Positions 38,358-52,506 of a DNA stretch of 64,000 bases are shown in pieces. Under the pieces are notes generated by a model. It had not been told where the DNA came from, did no database searches, and saw only the letters and a program-made list of their open reading frames with translations. The position numbers were made by a program, and so were the translations under genes. Source of the stretch: Mobula hypostoma (Eukaryota); the NCBI RefSeq assembly GCF_963921235.1, contig NC_086109.1, positions 6,326,001-6,390,000 of the forward strand, read 5' to 3'. Positions within the stretch are counted from its first letter, which is position 1, and each line of letters begins with the position of its first letter.

Positions 38358-40559
38358 CCAATGACTTAATTTTGTGATCAAAAATCATCAGAATATCCTG
38401 GAGGATTTACTGTGCTGTCCAACAGATCTTAAAGCTTCAAAAAAAAACTGCACCACAGTACTGCAGTTTCCCAATACAGACATAAGTTGCCTTGCATAAG
38501 TCAGGAAGAGGGTATCATACAACACACACACGTAGATTCTTCACTATTCTCGGCCAGCTGCAGCTGCTTGTTTTTACTTCAGTTGTCGTTAACGCTCAAC
38601 AACTTAATCCCCTATATGTTTTATGTCTTTGCCTCTGACACTGAATTTCTGTATTTATACATGGGCAGTGTGCCTAGCTTCCACTGCCATTCAGAAAGTC
38701 TCTCCTGGCAGCCGGCTGAACATGGTGTAGTTGAGCACTTTGACTGTGGAGCTGTTAGCTGCTGTACTGCACACCATCTGTGGCTAATCAGCTATCTGCA
38801 TGCATACACGAGCTGAGTGAGGTCAGCTCCTTCCTGGCTTCTGGTTCTGTGTATTTCAAACCAAAGCCACATCCTGCTTCAAGATTTAACATGCTAAGCT
38901 CACACATACATGTCTTTTTATTATTACAGCCATTTTGTGTCCCTGATATTCACAAAGAATATAAAGCATCACATTCATTCTCAGCAATGCCTCCTTTAAA
39001 CAATACACCTAGCACTGAAACCCATGTACCCTGTTAATTATGTTTCCATACACACCATCACCTATATTCCATTCATCCAACAATTTAACTTAATTCTTAT
39101 ATAATTTTAAAATAACAAGTTTCCTATGCCTCGACACCCTATGTATAACACAACTGCAGCATGTAATAAACTGACTCAGGATGACAAAATCCTTTAAGTG
39201 AGCAGGCTAATCTGCTGCAATGCCATGCAGAATTTCTAAACTGACAATGCACTGTGACACAGTAATATTGGCTGCATTGTTTGATGCATTTAAAGTGAAA
39301 ATATATATTTCAGAAATATTAAACTATCCTTACATCTGCGGTCCTGCAAATCTAGCTTGCAGTCAACAGAATTAATATATTTTGAATATAATACAAATGT
39401 GCTCGCAACCCTTTCTTTCCAAAATTCCTTAATGAAAAAACAGCAGTTTCACAGAGTATTTTCCCTCATATACCAATCTTAAAGTCAATAGAAAATATAG
39501 GAATAAAAATTCTCTAAGCGACAATCCCACATTCGTTCATTCATTCTTTCTAAATTAATAGTTAATTTGCCTGTCTATTAAGAATTAATTCAATGGTGGA
39601 TGTTATCCACTCTTGTCTTGCTTAATTTATAGGCTCATAGCCATTACAAAATTACGTTGATCTTTGATTCTTTTTTCTTTCACGGAACGAAAACAAAGCA
39701 GTTAAGTATTCAGGACATGTTCCAAGGAATGAGAGGGTAATGGCCTCAGTGCTAACAGGGGTTGTTATAGCTATATATACAGTGACATTGTTAGGGACCT
39801 GGCATAAACCCCTGTCTTTCTGCTACTGTGCTGGAACCTGGTACAAATCATCAAACATATGGCAAATAGGAGCAAGGCAGCCATTCATCCTTCAAGACTG
39901 CTGCACCATTCGACAAGATCATGGCTAGTTGCTAGTTTCCGACTGTGGGTGCCATGGTAGCATAGTGGTTAGAATAAGGCTTTACAATGCTAGCAATCAG
40001 GGTTCAATTCCCACTATTGTCTGCAAGGAGTTTGTATATTCTCCCCGTGATCACACGTGTTTCCTCTACGGGTTAGGGTTAGTAAGTTGTGGGCATGCTA
40101 TGTTGGGTACCAGAAACATGGCGACACTTACAGGCAACCCATCAAATCCTTGGATTGTGTTGGCTGTCGACTAAAATGACACTTTTCATGATATGTTTCA
40201 ATGTACATACGATAAAATAAAGATAACCTTTAATCTTTTTTACACCCCTGTAGCTCTAAGAACTAAATCCAACTCCTGAATATAGTCCATAACTTGTCCT
40301 CAATTGCTTTCTGCAGTAGAATTTCACAGATTTAATCCCCACTATCATCATTGCTGAAAATATACAATAACTTCCAGTAGCAACCTAGAGCCTGGGCCTC
40401 TGGCACAGTTGAAGCTTAAATTCACTCTTGGTGCACCTGGAATTTCAAGGCTATTCAATTTGAATCGATGATCCGAACACAGGATCACCACTACAGCACT
40501 CTCACCTGCCCGGATTATGCGATTAAATCTTTCATGCACATCATGAAACCATAACTTTG

Positions 40560-41570
40560 TCTCCAGAAATCACAGGGAAGTGAATAACACTGAACCAGGG
40601 ACTAGCCACAGTTAAGTGGCTTGTACTGTTGCCGATATGATCGGAGAAATGGTAGATGAAATTTAACCAGGCCAAACATGAAGCTGTGCACTTTGGGAGA
40701 TCAGATATAAAGGGACAGTACACTCTTAATGGCAAGATTTGTTGATGTACAGAGGGATCTCGAGGTCCAAAACCATAGCTCCCTGAAAGGGGCTACACAC
40801 GTTGATAGGGTGGTGAAGAAGGGATGTGGCATCCTTGCCTTTATTAGTCAAGGCACTGAGCTCAAGAGTTGGGAAGTTACATTGCAACTCAATAAATCTC
40901 TAATTATGCCACATCTGGAGTATTGCGTTCAATTCTGGTCACCCCCTTATAGGGAGGATATCAAGGCTTTTGGGTGGTGGGGTGGAGATATGTCTCCATC
41001 AAAGGAGGTGTAAGGAGCTCCTTCCCTCCACTAGCCTGCAGGTCACCCTTGGGCAAGGTGTAGCACCTGCTTGGGCCTCTGATCAGGGTCACGTGAAACC
41101 ATGGGAGCAGGTGGTGGGTGGCCGTATGAATAGCTGGTGCATATCACAAGCACTGGCTATGCAGTCACTTCCACCAGGCAGACAATCTCTGAAGATTAGA
41201 GTATCGATAATGGCTGGAGCCATGCATCTTGTAAAGACACTGCCTAGAAGGTGGCAATGGCAAACCACTTCTGTAGAAAAATATGCCCAGATCAATCACG
41301 GTCAAAGACCATGATCGCCCATGTCATATAACACAACATGTAATGATGGTAATGATGATGATGATGATGATGTCAAGGCTTTGGAGAGGATGTAGACGAC
41401 TTATCAGGCTGCTGCAGGATTAAAGGGCATGTGTTATAAAGAGAGGTTGAACAGACTTGGCTTAATTTCTATGAACTGGTAGAGGCTGACAGGAAATCTG
41501 ATAGAAGTATATAAGATTATGGGAGACATAGATAGACAGTCAGTATCTTTCTCTGGTTGAAATGTAAATG
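40560..41570 (+). mobile_element. CR1 LINE fragment interrupted by an RTE-type insertion
   Basis: QRDLEV...GILAFISQG..LNKSLIMPHLEYCVQFWSP. The CR1 sequence resumes at 41373. Confidence 0.85.
40971..41372 (+). mobile_element. Non-autonomous RTE/BovB-like short element with (GAT)n tail
   Basis: TSD tcaaggcttt at 40961-40970 and 41373-41382, microsatellite tail, and a gaaggtggcaatggcaaaccact motif resembling BovB/Bov-A. Confidence 0.72.
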
Positions 41571-42179
41571 GCATGATTGATTGTCTTGGACATTTTATTG
41601 TGATTACAAGACCCTATTGGGCATTGCTAATGTAGAATACTGCAAGTCTTCTTAACCAGTTCATTGGCAAGACCTACAGTACAGGAGCTGCATTGCCTTA
41701 GTTGTTGCGTGGAAAAATCCCTTATGCCTTAGAGTCACCTGAGTGGTCACCGGCAAAGGAGATGTCAGAGGTAGCTGTGGGCCTCTGGACTTCTCACCGG
41801 CTCGCAGGCTGGTTCCCTTCTGTCTGTGTTCACTCAGTGGAAGAACAAGCTGGACCAGGACCATTCAGGTTCTTGAGCAATATAGCTTTTCTCTTTCTGA
41901 CTATTTTTCTGAAATCATAACCATATGTGCTATGTGCAATGTGTAGTAGTGCTATGTGTCATTGGTAATGTGTTTTGCACCTTGGCTCCAGAGAAATGGT
42001 GTTTTGTTTGGCTATATTCATGTATGGTTGAATAACAACTAAACTTGAAACTTGTGAGTTCAAAGGAGATGTGCACGGTTTTTTGTTCTTTAACACTGAG
42101 AGTGGTGCACTGTCAGTGGTGACGGTAGGGGAACGCAGCAAGCCAGGCAGCATCTGTGGAGTGGAATGAACAGTCAATG

Positions 42180-45045
42180 GTTCAGGTCAAAGTTTAAAGT
42201 AAATTCATTAGCAAGGTACATATATGTCACCATATACAATACAAACCTGAAATTCATTTTCTTACGGGTAGTCAATAAATCTATAAAATAATAACCATAA
42301 CATAATCGATAAAAGACCGCCCAACAAGGACATTCAACCAGAGTGCAGAAGACATAATGATAAATAAATAAGCAATAAATATGGAGAACATGAGATGGAA
42401 AGTCCATGAAAGTGAGTCCATAGGTTGTGGGAACAGTTCAATAACGGGAAAGTGAAGTTGAGTGAAGTTAATGATTAAGTGAACGTTGGTTCAAGAGCCT
42501 GATAAGAGAGGGGTAATAACTGTTCCTGAACCTGGTGGTGAGATTCCTGAACCTCTTGAACCTCCTCCTGATGACAGCAGCGAGAAAAGAGCATGACCTG
42601 GGTGGTGGGAGTCCCTGATAATGAATGTTGCTCTCCTGCAACAGCGTTTTATGTAGATGTGCTCAATGGTGGGGAGGGCTTTAACAATACTGGACTGTGC
42701 CATATCCACTACATTTGTAGAATTTTCCATTCAAGGGCATTGGTTTTTCCGTAGCAAGTAGTGATTCAGCCAGTCAATACTCTCCACTACACATCAATAA
42801 GTCAAATTTATTTATAAAGCACATTTAAAAACAACCCATGTTGACCAAAGTGCTGTACAAACCATAACAGTTAGCTAAAATCACAAACACAAGAAACACA
42901 GACATAAACAACAAGGCACACAGCTTATAGGCACAAAATAAATAGCACATGAGCCTAGGCACAAGCCAAAAATCAGCCACATCAGGAAGATTCAAACGCT
43001 AGAGAATAAAGGCAAGTTTTGAGCCTGGACTTAAAAGAGTCAACGGAGGGGGCAGATCTGATAGGGAGGGGAATGCTATTCCACAGTCTAGGCGCTACAA
43101 CAAGTAGAATAAGGAGTTAGAAGGTCTGCAATATAGGAGGGGGCCAGCCCATTTAGGGCTTTATAGACAAACAGGAGAACCTTAAAATCAATTCTAAACT
43201 GTACTGGTAGCCAGTGGAGAGAGGCCAGGATAGAAGTAATATGGTCCCTCTTCCAGGCACCTGTCAGGAGCCTGGCTGCGGCATTCTGGACCAGTTGCAG
43301 GCTGGACAGGGACGACCGACTAATCCCAGTATACAGGGAGTTGGAGTAGTCCAAGCGGGAGGATATAAGGGTGTGGATGACTTTTGAAATCTTTGAAAGA
43401 GAGAAGCGACTTGATTTTGGCAATAGTACGAAGCTTGGAAAAAAAACTGGCTTTTACTACTGCATTTACTTGCTTGTCAAACTTAAAGGCGGAATCAAAT
43501 ATCACACCAAGGTTTTTGACATGGGGTTTGACAAGGGTGGACAGGTTATCAAGACTGTTGGTAATCACTTTGATGGAGACAGGGGGCCAAATAGGACAAC
43601 TTCAGACCTGCCTTCATTCAGCTGTCAGAAGTTTTGTGCCACCCAACACCATGTCCTCAAGGCAGTTCATGAGGCTGACTAGATTTGACTGGTTGTTTGG
43701 TTTCAAGGGGAAATAAAGCTGTGTGTCGTTAGCATAACAATGGAAGGAAATGTGTTTTTGAATGATTTGGCTGAGGTTTGTCAAAGTTTTAGATGTCATG
43801 CTCAATCTCCTAAATAGAGGTTGCTGTTCTTCATAATTATGCTTAAGTGCTGGATCCAGGACAGGTCCTCTAAAATAATAACACCAAGAAATTTAAAGTT
43901 GCTGATCCTCTCCGATGAGGACTGGCTAGTGGACCTCTGGTTTCTTTCTCCTAAAGTCAATAATCAGCTCTTTGGTCTTGCTGACATTGAGTAAGAGGTT
44001 GTTATGGCACCACTCAGCCATACTTTCAATCTCTCTCTTCTATGCTGATTCATCACCACCTTGGATTCAGCCTACAACAGTGATGCCATCAGCAAACTTG
44101 AAAATGGCATTGGAGCTGTGCTTAGCCACAAAGTCATAAGAGTAAAGAGAGTAAAGCAGGAGGCTAAGCACACAGCCTTGTGGTGCACCTGTGCTGATGG
44201 AGATTGAGGAGATGTTGTTGCCAATCCATAAGGACTAGGGTCTGCAAGTGAGGAAATCAAGGATCCAACTGCACAAGAAGGAATTGAGGCCTAGATCTTG
44301 GAGCTTATTGATTGCTTTTGAGGGGATGCTGGTATTGAATGCTGAGTTATAGTCGATAAAGTGCATCTTGATGGAAGTATCTTTGCCGTCCAGATGCTCC
44401 AGGGTTGAGTGAAGGGCCAAAGAAATGGCATCTGCTGTGGACCTACTGGATCCGATTGACAAATTGGAGCGGATCTAAGTCACTTGTTATGCTTCACCAC
44501 CAACCTCTCAAAACACTTCATCACTGTTGATGTACGTGCTACTGTATGAGGCAGGTGGCCACACAATTCCAGGGCACGGGTATAACTGAGGCCTGCTTGG
44601 AGCAGCTGGGTACCTCAGACGGCCAAAGTGAGAAGTTAGAGATATTGGTGAATTCTCCAGCCCGTTGATCAGCACAGGTCAACACTACTTGGCCAGGTAC
44701 CCTGTCTGGGCCAGATGCTTTGTGTGTTCGTACCCCCCCCCCCCCGAAGGCTGCTCACATGTCAGCCTCTGAGCCTGAAATCATAGGCTCATCAGAGGAT
44801 GTGGAAGTTCGTGATGGTTCCTCCGTGTTTTGATTGTCAAAGTAAGCATAGAAGGCACTGAGCTCATCTGGAACCAAAGCCCTGGTGTCCCCTGATTTAA
44901 CTTTATAAGAGCTGACAGTATTCAATCCCTTTCACAACTGTAGAGTATTCTTCACTGATTCAAGTCTAGTCTGGGATTGCCACTTCGCCTGTGAGATGGC
45001 TTTCTGAAGATCGTACCTGGACCTCTTGTAACTATCTTGATGCTC
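42180..45045 (-). mobile_element. Rex1/Babar-like LINE interrupted by an L2 fragment
   Basis: [38 protein letters not shown]; colinear with the 1000-2905 copy. Confidence 0.88.
42800..43775 (-). mobile_element. L2-clade LINE 3' fragment
   Basis: FHCYANDTQLY, VKNLGVIFDS, RLDYSNSLYTG..LQLVQNAAARLLTG..DHITSILASLHWLPVQFRIDFKVLL. Confidence 0.93.
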
Positions 45046-45295
45046 CTTAGATCAAGATGCTTCATCTGAACACTTAGCTCAAACTGTTGCCTGTTTATTC
45101 TCTTTCATAGGTGCTGTCTGACCTGTGAGTTCCTCCAGCATTCTGTGTGTGGTTCTCAAAATTTCCTGCAATATCTTTTGTTTCTGACATTACCCACAAG
45201 TATTAGCTTGGCTCCTCCCTCCACAATTGCTGACAGGACCGCTGAGTATATCTAGAATTTTGTTTTTAGTTCAGATTTCCAGATGGCACAATCCA

Positions 45296-45682
45296 GTGGA
45301 TTCCTATTAATTGGGACACAACAGGACCAGTACATTTTGGCCCAATTAAGCTGCTGCCCCAATTAGCCAAAATTTCATGGTAATAGTTAAATGGGTATTA
45401 AAAAAATTCAAAGTACTACTTAACTGAGTAACAAATTATGTACTTAAATGAAATTCAGAACAAATCAGAACACTACCAAAACTACTACAGTACTATAAGA
45501 TTGTGCATTACCTTACTTACAGACCCCAGCGCACGCGACTAACTATGGTTAGAAACTTTGGCAACAGTCTCCTGTCAAGGGAATCCCGGCTACTTTCTCT
45601 ATTTATTTTTTGTTCTTTAAGAGTTGTCCCAAATAAGTGGCTGTCCTGATTAACCGATGGCTTTATTAACCAGAATCTATCG
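45296..45682. mobile_element. Tigger/pogo-like MITE (degenerate)
   Basis: Ends cagtggattcctattaattggg / ttattaaccagaatctatcg are imperfect inverted repeats, with internal ccaatta subrepeats. Confidence 0.55.
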
Positions 45683-46434
45683 ATTTCCTAGCTTATGGGG
45701 GCTAGTTACCCAATAGAACATAGACCAGTACTGTACAGGCCCTTTGACCCACAATGTTGTGCAAGTCTTTAACCTACTCCAAGATTAACCTAATTCTTCC
45801 ATCCCACATTCCCCTCTATTTTCTTTCATTCATGTCTCCCTTCAGAGTCTCCAATATTCCCTAAAGTATCTGCCTCTACCACCACCCCGGCATCACATTC
45901 TACACATCCAGTACTCTGTACAAAATAAAACTTACCTCTGACATCCCCCCTATACTTTCCTCCAATCACCTTAAAATTATACCCTCACATATTAGCCATT
46001 ACTGCCGTGGGAAAGAGTCACTAGCTGGCCACTCTATCTATGCCTCTCATCATCTTATACACCTCTATCAAATCACCTCCCATCACTAAAGTGAAAAGCC
46101 TCAGCATGCTCACCTGATCCTTAAAAGACATGCACTCTAATCCAGGCAACATCCTGGAAAATCTCTCTAAAGCTTCCACATACTTAATATCACAAAGAGA
46201 CCAGAACTAAACACAACATCAATCTTATATTTTGTAACTCCAAAACATAAATCTAATTGTAAGAAAAAGTTGGAGCTGGGAGTGCAAGTCTAACTTAGTT
46301 TTTACTTTAAGCAAGTCATGCACGTATCACGTGATGACATGATGACATGCCATTTACGTACCTTTACAGGTAACCTGCAATGCATTATGTAAACAACAAA
46401 GAATGCTTCATCAAACAATATAGTTACAATATTA

Positions 46435-46975
46435 GCAACACACACAAAATACTGGAGGAACTCAGCAGGCCAGGTAGCATCTATGGAAAAGAGTAAACAG
46501 TTGACATTTGGGCTGAGTTACATCATTAGGATTGAAAAAAAAAGATGAGAAATCAGACCAAGAAGGTGGTAGGAGATAGGTGAAACTAGGAGAGGGGAAG
46601 GGATGAAGTAAAGAGCTGGGAAGTCAATTAGTAAAAGAGATAAAGGGCTGGAGAAGGGCAGATCTGATAGGAGAGGACAGAAGACCACGGAAGAAAGGGA
46701 AGGGGGGAGGAGCACCAGAGGTGATGGGCAGGTAAGGAGATAAGATGAGAGAGGGAAATGGGGAATGGTGAAGTGGGGAAGGGGCAATTACCAAAAGCTC
46801 GAGAAATAGATGTTCATGCCATCAGGTTAGAGGGTAACCAGAAGGAATACAAGATTTTGCTCGTCCAACCTGAGTGTGGCCTCATCACAGCACTAGAGGA
46901 GGCATGGACTGACTTGTCGTAATGGGAGTGGAAAGTAGAATTGAAATGGGTGACCACCGGGTGATCCTGGTTTTT
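46435..46975 (-). mobile_element. Penelope-like element 3' portion
   Basis: DHPVVTHFNSTFHSHYDKSVH (GIY-YIG C-terminus), pyrimidine-rich 3' region and terminal repeat. Confidence 0.85.
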
Positions 46976-49900
46976 CTCAAATAATACTGAAATATTAAAT
47001 ACACAATATTCTGGTAGTCTAACCAGACTTTTATAGAGCTGCAACATTATTGTATTATAACCAGGAAATTAACTCCCCTTCTTTGAAAATAGTTATGGTA
47101 TCTCATGCAGAAAATGGTACTTCCCATAGTGCATACTTGCTCAATAAAAGCACTGACATATCAGCCTGGATTATGCATTCAAATTCTAACCTCAAAGCAA
47201 AGTGCAACCTACCATTAAAATGTTTTGTCTTGATGTCAATTTAGATGTTGAATTAATTCAAAAATTCTGATGCATGTAACTGCTGTCAATAAATTAGAAT
47301 GTCTGTTACGTTTCAAAGACCAACTAATGAAGAAACTTAGAAATGCATGTAACATAGTTTGTCACTTAAGTATTCATTATTGATAAAAAAAAATTGTCCT
47401 TCACCAGTGTGTTTGTTAAATTCTAATCACACATTCCTGGGACGCAAAACATCATTCCCCAATCTTTAACTGCTTCTGCACCTGCCAGCCACAATGCAAA
47501 CAAACCCACTGCATATTTCCTGCTCACTTCTGACCACAGACCACATGTTACAGTTAGCAGAGTTAGTATTTATGGAAGGGTGACCCACTAAACATATTTT
47601 GTAACTGAGGCTTTATTCACAAATCTTTTAGAGTTAAAGAGCAACATTAGAGTTTTTTTTAAATTTATTCACAGATTACTGTAGCTCATACATATTGCAA
47701 GCCCACTAGCCTAGGAGTAATTGAGAGACCATTTCAGAGGACAGTTCAAAGTTACCACATTGGTGTTTGTCTTTAGTCAAGTACAAGTCAGATTGGACAA
47801 GGATCACTAATTTCCTCCCCTACATGACATGACTAAATGTCTGATTTTTACAATAATCCATGGTCACATTAAACTTTTATTCCAGATTTATTTAAATTAA
47901 AATTCAACTGCTGTGATCAGATTTGAATTCGTGGATGATATGAACCACCACTCTTTCTGTGTTAATTTTAAAACAGTCTGCATTTTATAGTTTATTCAAG
48001 ACTCAAGATTGTTTAATGTTATTTCCTATACACACAAGTGTAAAGAAGAATGAAATAGACCACAAGTCCTTAAGATATAGGAGCAGAAGTAGGCTATTTG
48101 GCATATTAAGTCTGCTCTGCCATTCACATCATGGATGACAAAGGGGTCCCAAATTTAAAGCCTATTCACCAGGAATCTACCTAGTTACATCAGTCTTCTT
48201 TAAATGAAGCCCCTACCACATCCTTGGACTGTGTTCGTTGACACATTTCACTCTATGTTCCAATGTAAATGTGGCAAATTTCACATCAGTTAATTTAGCA
48301 GAGATTTCCAGGAATTCACATTTGTACATTGTGTTGGCTCTAAGGAAACAATAAGTGCATATTAGATTATGCATAACTGACAAAATACAAATTATGATTT
48401 GGAAGCTTTTTCTTCAAAGTTCAATTTTAGTTTGTCATTCAACCATATATATTGCCAAGTGAAACCACGTTCCTCCAAACCAAGGTACATAACATAGTAC
48501 ATATAACTCAGACACACAAAACATACACTAATATTACTACAAAATAATTTAATAAATAAGGTGCATTTAAACACAAGTTAAAAAGTAAACAGTATAACAC
48601 TACTGGCACTTCATATGTGATGAGACCTGAGTGATGGCAGGGAGTTCAATAGTCTTGCATCCTGGGGGAAGAATCAGATTCGGGTTTATCATCACCGGCA
48701 TGAGCCGTGAAATTTGTTAACTTAGCAAATTTCTGAATTTGCTGTTTCCCATTCTAACCCTAATGCTATGATACCTCCTGCCTGATGGTAGGGGGTCAAG
48801 GAGATTGTTGGACGGATGGGAGGGATCATGAAATAATACCAAGGGCCCTGTGTACACAGGAAATTGCATAAATATGTGATGGGTGGAAGACAGACCCCGA
48901 TGATCACAATCCTTTGCAGAGACTTGCAGTCAGATGCCTTTCAATTCCCGTGACATCGCTGTGCTTTCTTGACCAAAGAGATGATTTTTAAAGAAATGCA
49001 GGTCATTTATTAAGTATGCATATTTTGGTAGCTATTATTGCCTAGATTATTAATTGCTGAAAACTGCATGAACCGGGCTTCTGAGACAGTAGGAGCAGTG
49101 AGCAGAGAAAATGCTGCTGGTGGTGGGAGATAGCTCATGGCAGCTGCTGACTAATGTTTACATTCTCGACTTCAATTGAAGTCCAGCTACAACAGCTCAC
49201 CAACTATAATCAAAATTCATGAAGGAAAGCCAGAACGACACATTAACTACTGCAAGCTGATAATATACGAGTTTGCTCAGTTATCCGGTGATGCAACTGC
49301 TTGCTTGAAAATGTTATTTTATAGTTACGACTATAGGAATAAAAACATCAGGACTTGCTTTGATTGATAACCCAAGATTCAGATTGCCTGAACTAAAGTG
49401 AAGTAAATCAGGGAGGAAATATTCAATAAATTTTCTACAACGGTTAAAAAATGGTGTCTACGTACCGGAAACAGAAACTACCAAGTTCTGCATTATTCTC
49501 ACAATAATTGCCCAGAATATTAACATAGAGAGGTTCAGTTCCTGTCTATAATAGTGTTTGAGCACTTGTTATACTGCAAGGTGCAATATGTTTTCACCTT
49601 GTATGTCTTTGCAGCTATACTCCCTATTTTAATGGCTCACTGAAGAAATCTATATCTTTCTGAGCAAAAAGATTAACTAAAGTTAAGGTGCATACAAGCA
49701 GTTTGCTCTGTGATAAAGGCCCCTAACCACATCCTGTTTTTCAGCTGTAGAGTATTTCATGAAGTTAACTTTGTTTCTCAGTTTAAGGATGAATCAATAG
49801 TGAGGTGCATTTCAGAGATGAGTCAGTAATTTAGTTTTCCAATAGAAAGGTTCAGTATTTAAAACTAACATCTGGATGCATGCTGATGAAAGAAAAAAAA

Positions 49901-49979
49901 TGAGGAAATTCATTTACTTAGTGCAGAAAACACAATCTAAAACTTATCTGACAATAATTATAAAAGGGGTGAATTATTG

Positions 49980-50645
49980 ATACACGAGAAAATCTGCAGA
50001 TTCTGGAAATTCAAAGTGCTGGAGGAACTCAGCAAGTCAGGCAGCATCTATGGAAAAGGATAAACAGTTGACATCATGGGCTCTTCATCAGAACTGGAAA
50101 GGAAGGGGAGAAATCAGATAAGAAGGTGGGGGGAGGTGACCAAGAAGTACAAGGTGGTAGGTGATAGGTAATAGGGGCGGGGGGGGGGAGAAGTAAGGAG
50201 CTGGGAAATTGAATGGTGAAAAAGATAAAGAGCTGGAGAAAGGGGAATCTGATAGGAGAGGACAGAAGACCATGAAGGAAACAGAAGGGGCAAGAGCACC
50301 AGAGAGAGGTGATGGGCAGATAAGGAGATAACGTGAGAGAGGGAAATGAGCATGGGGGAATGGTGAAGGAGGAGGGGGCAATTATCTAAATTTTGAGATA
50401 TCGATGATCATGCCATCAGGTTGGAGGCCACCCAGACGGAATCCAAAGCGTTGCTCCTCCAACCTGAGTGTGGCTGTAGAGGAGGACATGGACTGACATG
50501 TCAGAATGGGAATGGGAAGTAGAATTGAAATGGGTGGCTACCAGGAGATACCACCTTCTGTGACAGATGGAGCGAAGGTGTTTGGCAAGGTGGTCTCCTG
50601 ATCTATGTTGAATCTCACCAATGTACAGGAGGCCACACCAATTAT
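49980..50645 (-). mobile_element. Penelope-like element 3' portion
   Basis: CGLLYIGEIQHRSGDHLAKHLRSI...VATHFNSTSHSHSDMSVH, with the same 3' structure as 46435-46975. Confidence 0.88.
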
Positions 50646-52279
50646 TGATACCCATCTTTCCCATGCAAAACTTAAGCTATTAGGCTAACGTTTTAAAATC
50701 AAAGTAGTATTAAAAAACTGCAATCACAGGGAGATCTGGTTAAGGTAGGGTAAATACATAGGCTTTTTCCCCCTGAGAGTGGGTGAGACTAGAACTAGAG
50801 ATCACAAATTAAGGGTTAAAGATGAAATATTTAAGGGGGAATCTCAGGGGAACCTCTTCACTCAGAGCGTGGTATGTGTGTGGAACAAGCTTCCAGCAGA
50901 AGTGGTGGATGAGGGTTCAACTGCAACACTTAAGAGAGATTTGGATAAGTAGATGGATGGTTGGGGGTACTGAGGGCTTTGATCCTGGTGCGAGTAGATG
51001 ATGGGCAGCAGGGCCTGTTTCTAGTCTATGACCGTAAAACAAAAACAAAGGAAGCACCATCAATGTTATATTTCATATCAATAATTACATAGAAATTTTA
51101 CATCAATATAATTTTGGCAGTTAATGAGAGATAATTGCACTTTTTCCACAGTTGAAGCAATGATGCCTGGACTCACTCTGGACCTAGAAAATGGGAGTTG
51201 GCAGAAAAGAGGGTGGGGCAGTGGCAGATTGTGGTTATAGATCCAGAGATGAGTAGGTAAGATCAGAACAAGGCAGGGGCTGGCAGGGTGAAGTGGGATG
51301 AGGGAACTGGAGGTGGTAGGTACTGGACTTACTTAGGAAACATGCTGTGCTTTGAAGACATAAGCATCACTGGAGTGTCCACTAATACAATTTTCCAAGA
51401 CAATTTGATCTGATTTGCCTGCAGTTCTCTAGAACATGCATTCTGAAAGGAATGGTGACATCCTCTGGTGGCATAGGCCACACAGAGAGAAGCATGACCA
51501 CAGGGTCCAGCAGACCCAGACATTATCTGTTCCTCTCTTCAAGCAGCTACCTGACCTGCCGAGTGATTCCAGCACTTTGAGTTCCAGAATCTGTAGATCT
51601 TATTTTTGCTGTTTCTGTCTGATTGATTGTTTAATTTCAATCACAGCATTTTCTAGAGGAAAATATTCTTAGTTCTAAGTAACCAAATGAAATTACATGC
51701 TTAACATGAAAATAGAAATTGCAGTACCATGCTGCATATGAACAGTACAATTCCCTCCTCTGGCCACAAGGTGTTACTGCATCAGTTCAATTTATATTTA
51801 CTGCATACAACACCCTCCCAAACCAAGAGGAAGACGTTCAACATGCGTGCTTTGTAAAACATAAAACGGTGCAGCCCAGGAACAGACCATTGGGCCCGTT
51901 TGACTTAATTCCATCAAATCAAATGCCGAAGTAAACTAACCTCTTAAATTCCCTGCACATACATTTGCCTATCTAAGAGCCTCTTGAAAGCCTATCATAT
52001 TTGCCTCTATCACCACCCCTGGCAGTGCATTCCAGGCACCCACCACTCTTAAAAAAAAAAACTTGCCCCACACACCTCCTTTGAATTTACTTCCCCCGCC
52101 CCCCCCCCCACCTTTCATGCATCTCCTTTGAAACCATTATCAAATTCCAACGGACTTCAACTGCATGGAAATACCAAATTTCCTTTAGATTAGGTCCTAC
52201 TTCCATCGTAAAGGCAAAGGAAGCTGTACACTGGGACTGGATACTGGGAAATAGGAGGAGAGGATAGCTACCCAAGAGA

Positions 52280-52506
52280 TTCAGCAGATGCTGGAAACCC
52301 ACAGTAACACGAACAAAATGCTGGAGGAACTCAGTAGTTCGGGCAGCATCTATGGAGGGGCATATACAGTCAACAATTCGGGCTGAAACCCTTCATCAGG
52401 ATTGCTGAAAATAAATATTGAAGGGTCTCAGCCCAAAACTGAGTCTTTATTGTTTTCCAGAAATGCTGCCTGACCTGCTGAGTTCTTCCAACATTTTTTG
52501 TGTGTG
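52280..52506. mobile_element. Older Penelope-derived fold-back element
   Basis: aaaatgctggaggaactcag...cccttcatcagg, then gaagggtctcagccc...ctgagttcttccaacatttt in inverted orientation. Confidence 0.75.

Noticed and set aside
51329..51445. Exon-like segment on the minus strand (CAG acceptor, GTAAGT donor) as a candidate NORE1A C1-domain exon
   Set aside because: No frame resembles the expected CKFTCH...LDC sequence. Two frames contain stops and the open frame is unrelated.
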